DNA of 64,000 bases, taken from NCBI GenBank assembly GCA_037447605.1, contig CM074805.1:2947361-3011360 (forward strand), written 5' to 3'. Below, one piece after another: positions 63,490-64,000 of this stretch. How positions within the stretch are numbered: position 1 is the stretch's first letter; every line of letters begins with the position of its first letter. Both the position numbers and the translations under genes were made by a program. Below the pieces are notes generated by a model. It was given only the letters and a program-made list of their open reading frames with translations, did no database searches and had not been told where the DNA came from. This DNA comes from Zygnema circumcarinatum SAG 698-1b (Eukaryota; Plantae; Zygnematophyceae).

Positions 63490-64000
63490 GTTAGCTCTGC
63501 TTCCTTCCACCTAGCTTTCACAACATTTCACAGACTGCTTTGCAATACAAATTAATGACAGACAACGCTTTTGAAAGGCTGATGCTTAGTCAGTGACATT
63601 GCCACAGATCAATCACATCTTGTCGTCCCTCTTTCCTTACCTGCCCTCCTTCCGATCTTCGTTTTTTCCTTCCATTTCTCTCTGTTTCCGACGTTCTCCT
63701 TCCAATCTTTACCTCACGTCTATCCTGCCTGATCCTGTTGCCTCCGCCGCACTTCCCAGTTCTCCTCCCGCCGTTGTTTTGACAGATTTTAAGCCTGTTT
63801 AGTTGTGTATAGTGCCATGCTTTCTTGGAGAACGTCATTTATGCCCGAACTGATTTGAAGAAGCTAGAGTTCAGTATGCTTCATCCAGTTCGGTATCTAC
63901 AGATGCTCCTCTGTGTTTATGGCCGCTAAATTCCGAAGTAAACAGTTGCCATTCGCACCTACTACATTCCTGGTACTTTATTGAAACTCTTAAGGGAATG

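Overview
Nuclear DNA from a compact-genome streptophyte. It could be a seed-free land plant or a charophyte alga; the lineage cannot be fixed from this window. Genes: a divergent R2R3-MYB (-), a UBP15/16-type MYND-finger deubiquitinase (-), isovaleryl-CoA dehydrogenase (-), a PRXL2B/SELENOU-family thioredoxin-fold gene (+), a multi-intron SAM synthetase (-), a SKP2-like F-box/LRR gene (-), KCBP kinesin (-) and the first exon of ORC6 (+). A 12-kb transposon nest (3263-15271) holds a degenerate Ty3/gypsy element, a solo LTR, two Mutator-like MITE families and a Tc1/mariner-like MITE, several with TIRs and TSDs readable by eye. Main discovery: the PRXL2B/SELENOU gene (32237-34074) looks like a real selenoprotein gene. 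It has an in-frame TGA at the catalytic position (RRFG-U-RLCR, 33007-33009), and all four exons stay in phase across it. A stem-loop starts 11 nt after the UGA, and a canonical type II SECIS lies in the 3' UTR (34215-34288). Embryophytes are held to have lost selenocysteine, so if this is a land plant the result is unexpected; in a streptophyte alga it is a selenoprotein that ordinary annotation would truncate. All alignments and RNA folds were done by eye; no searches were run.
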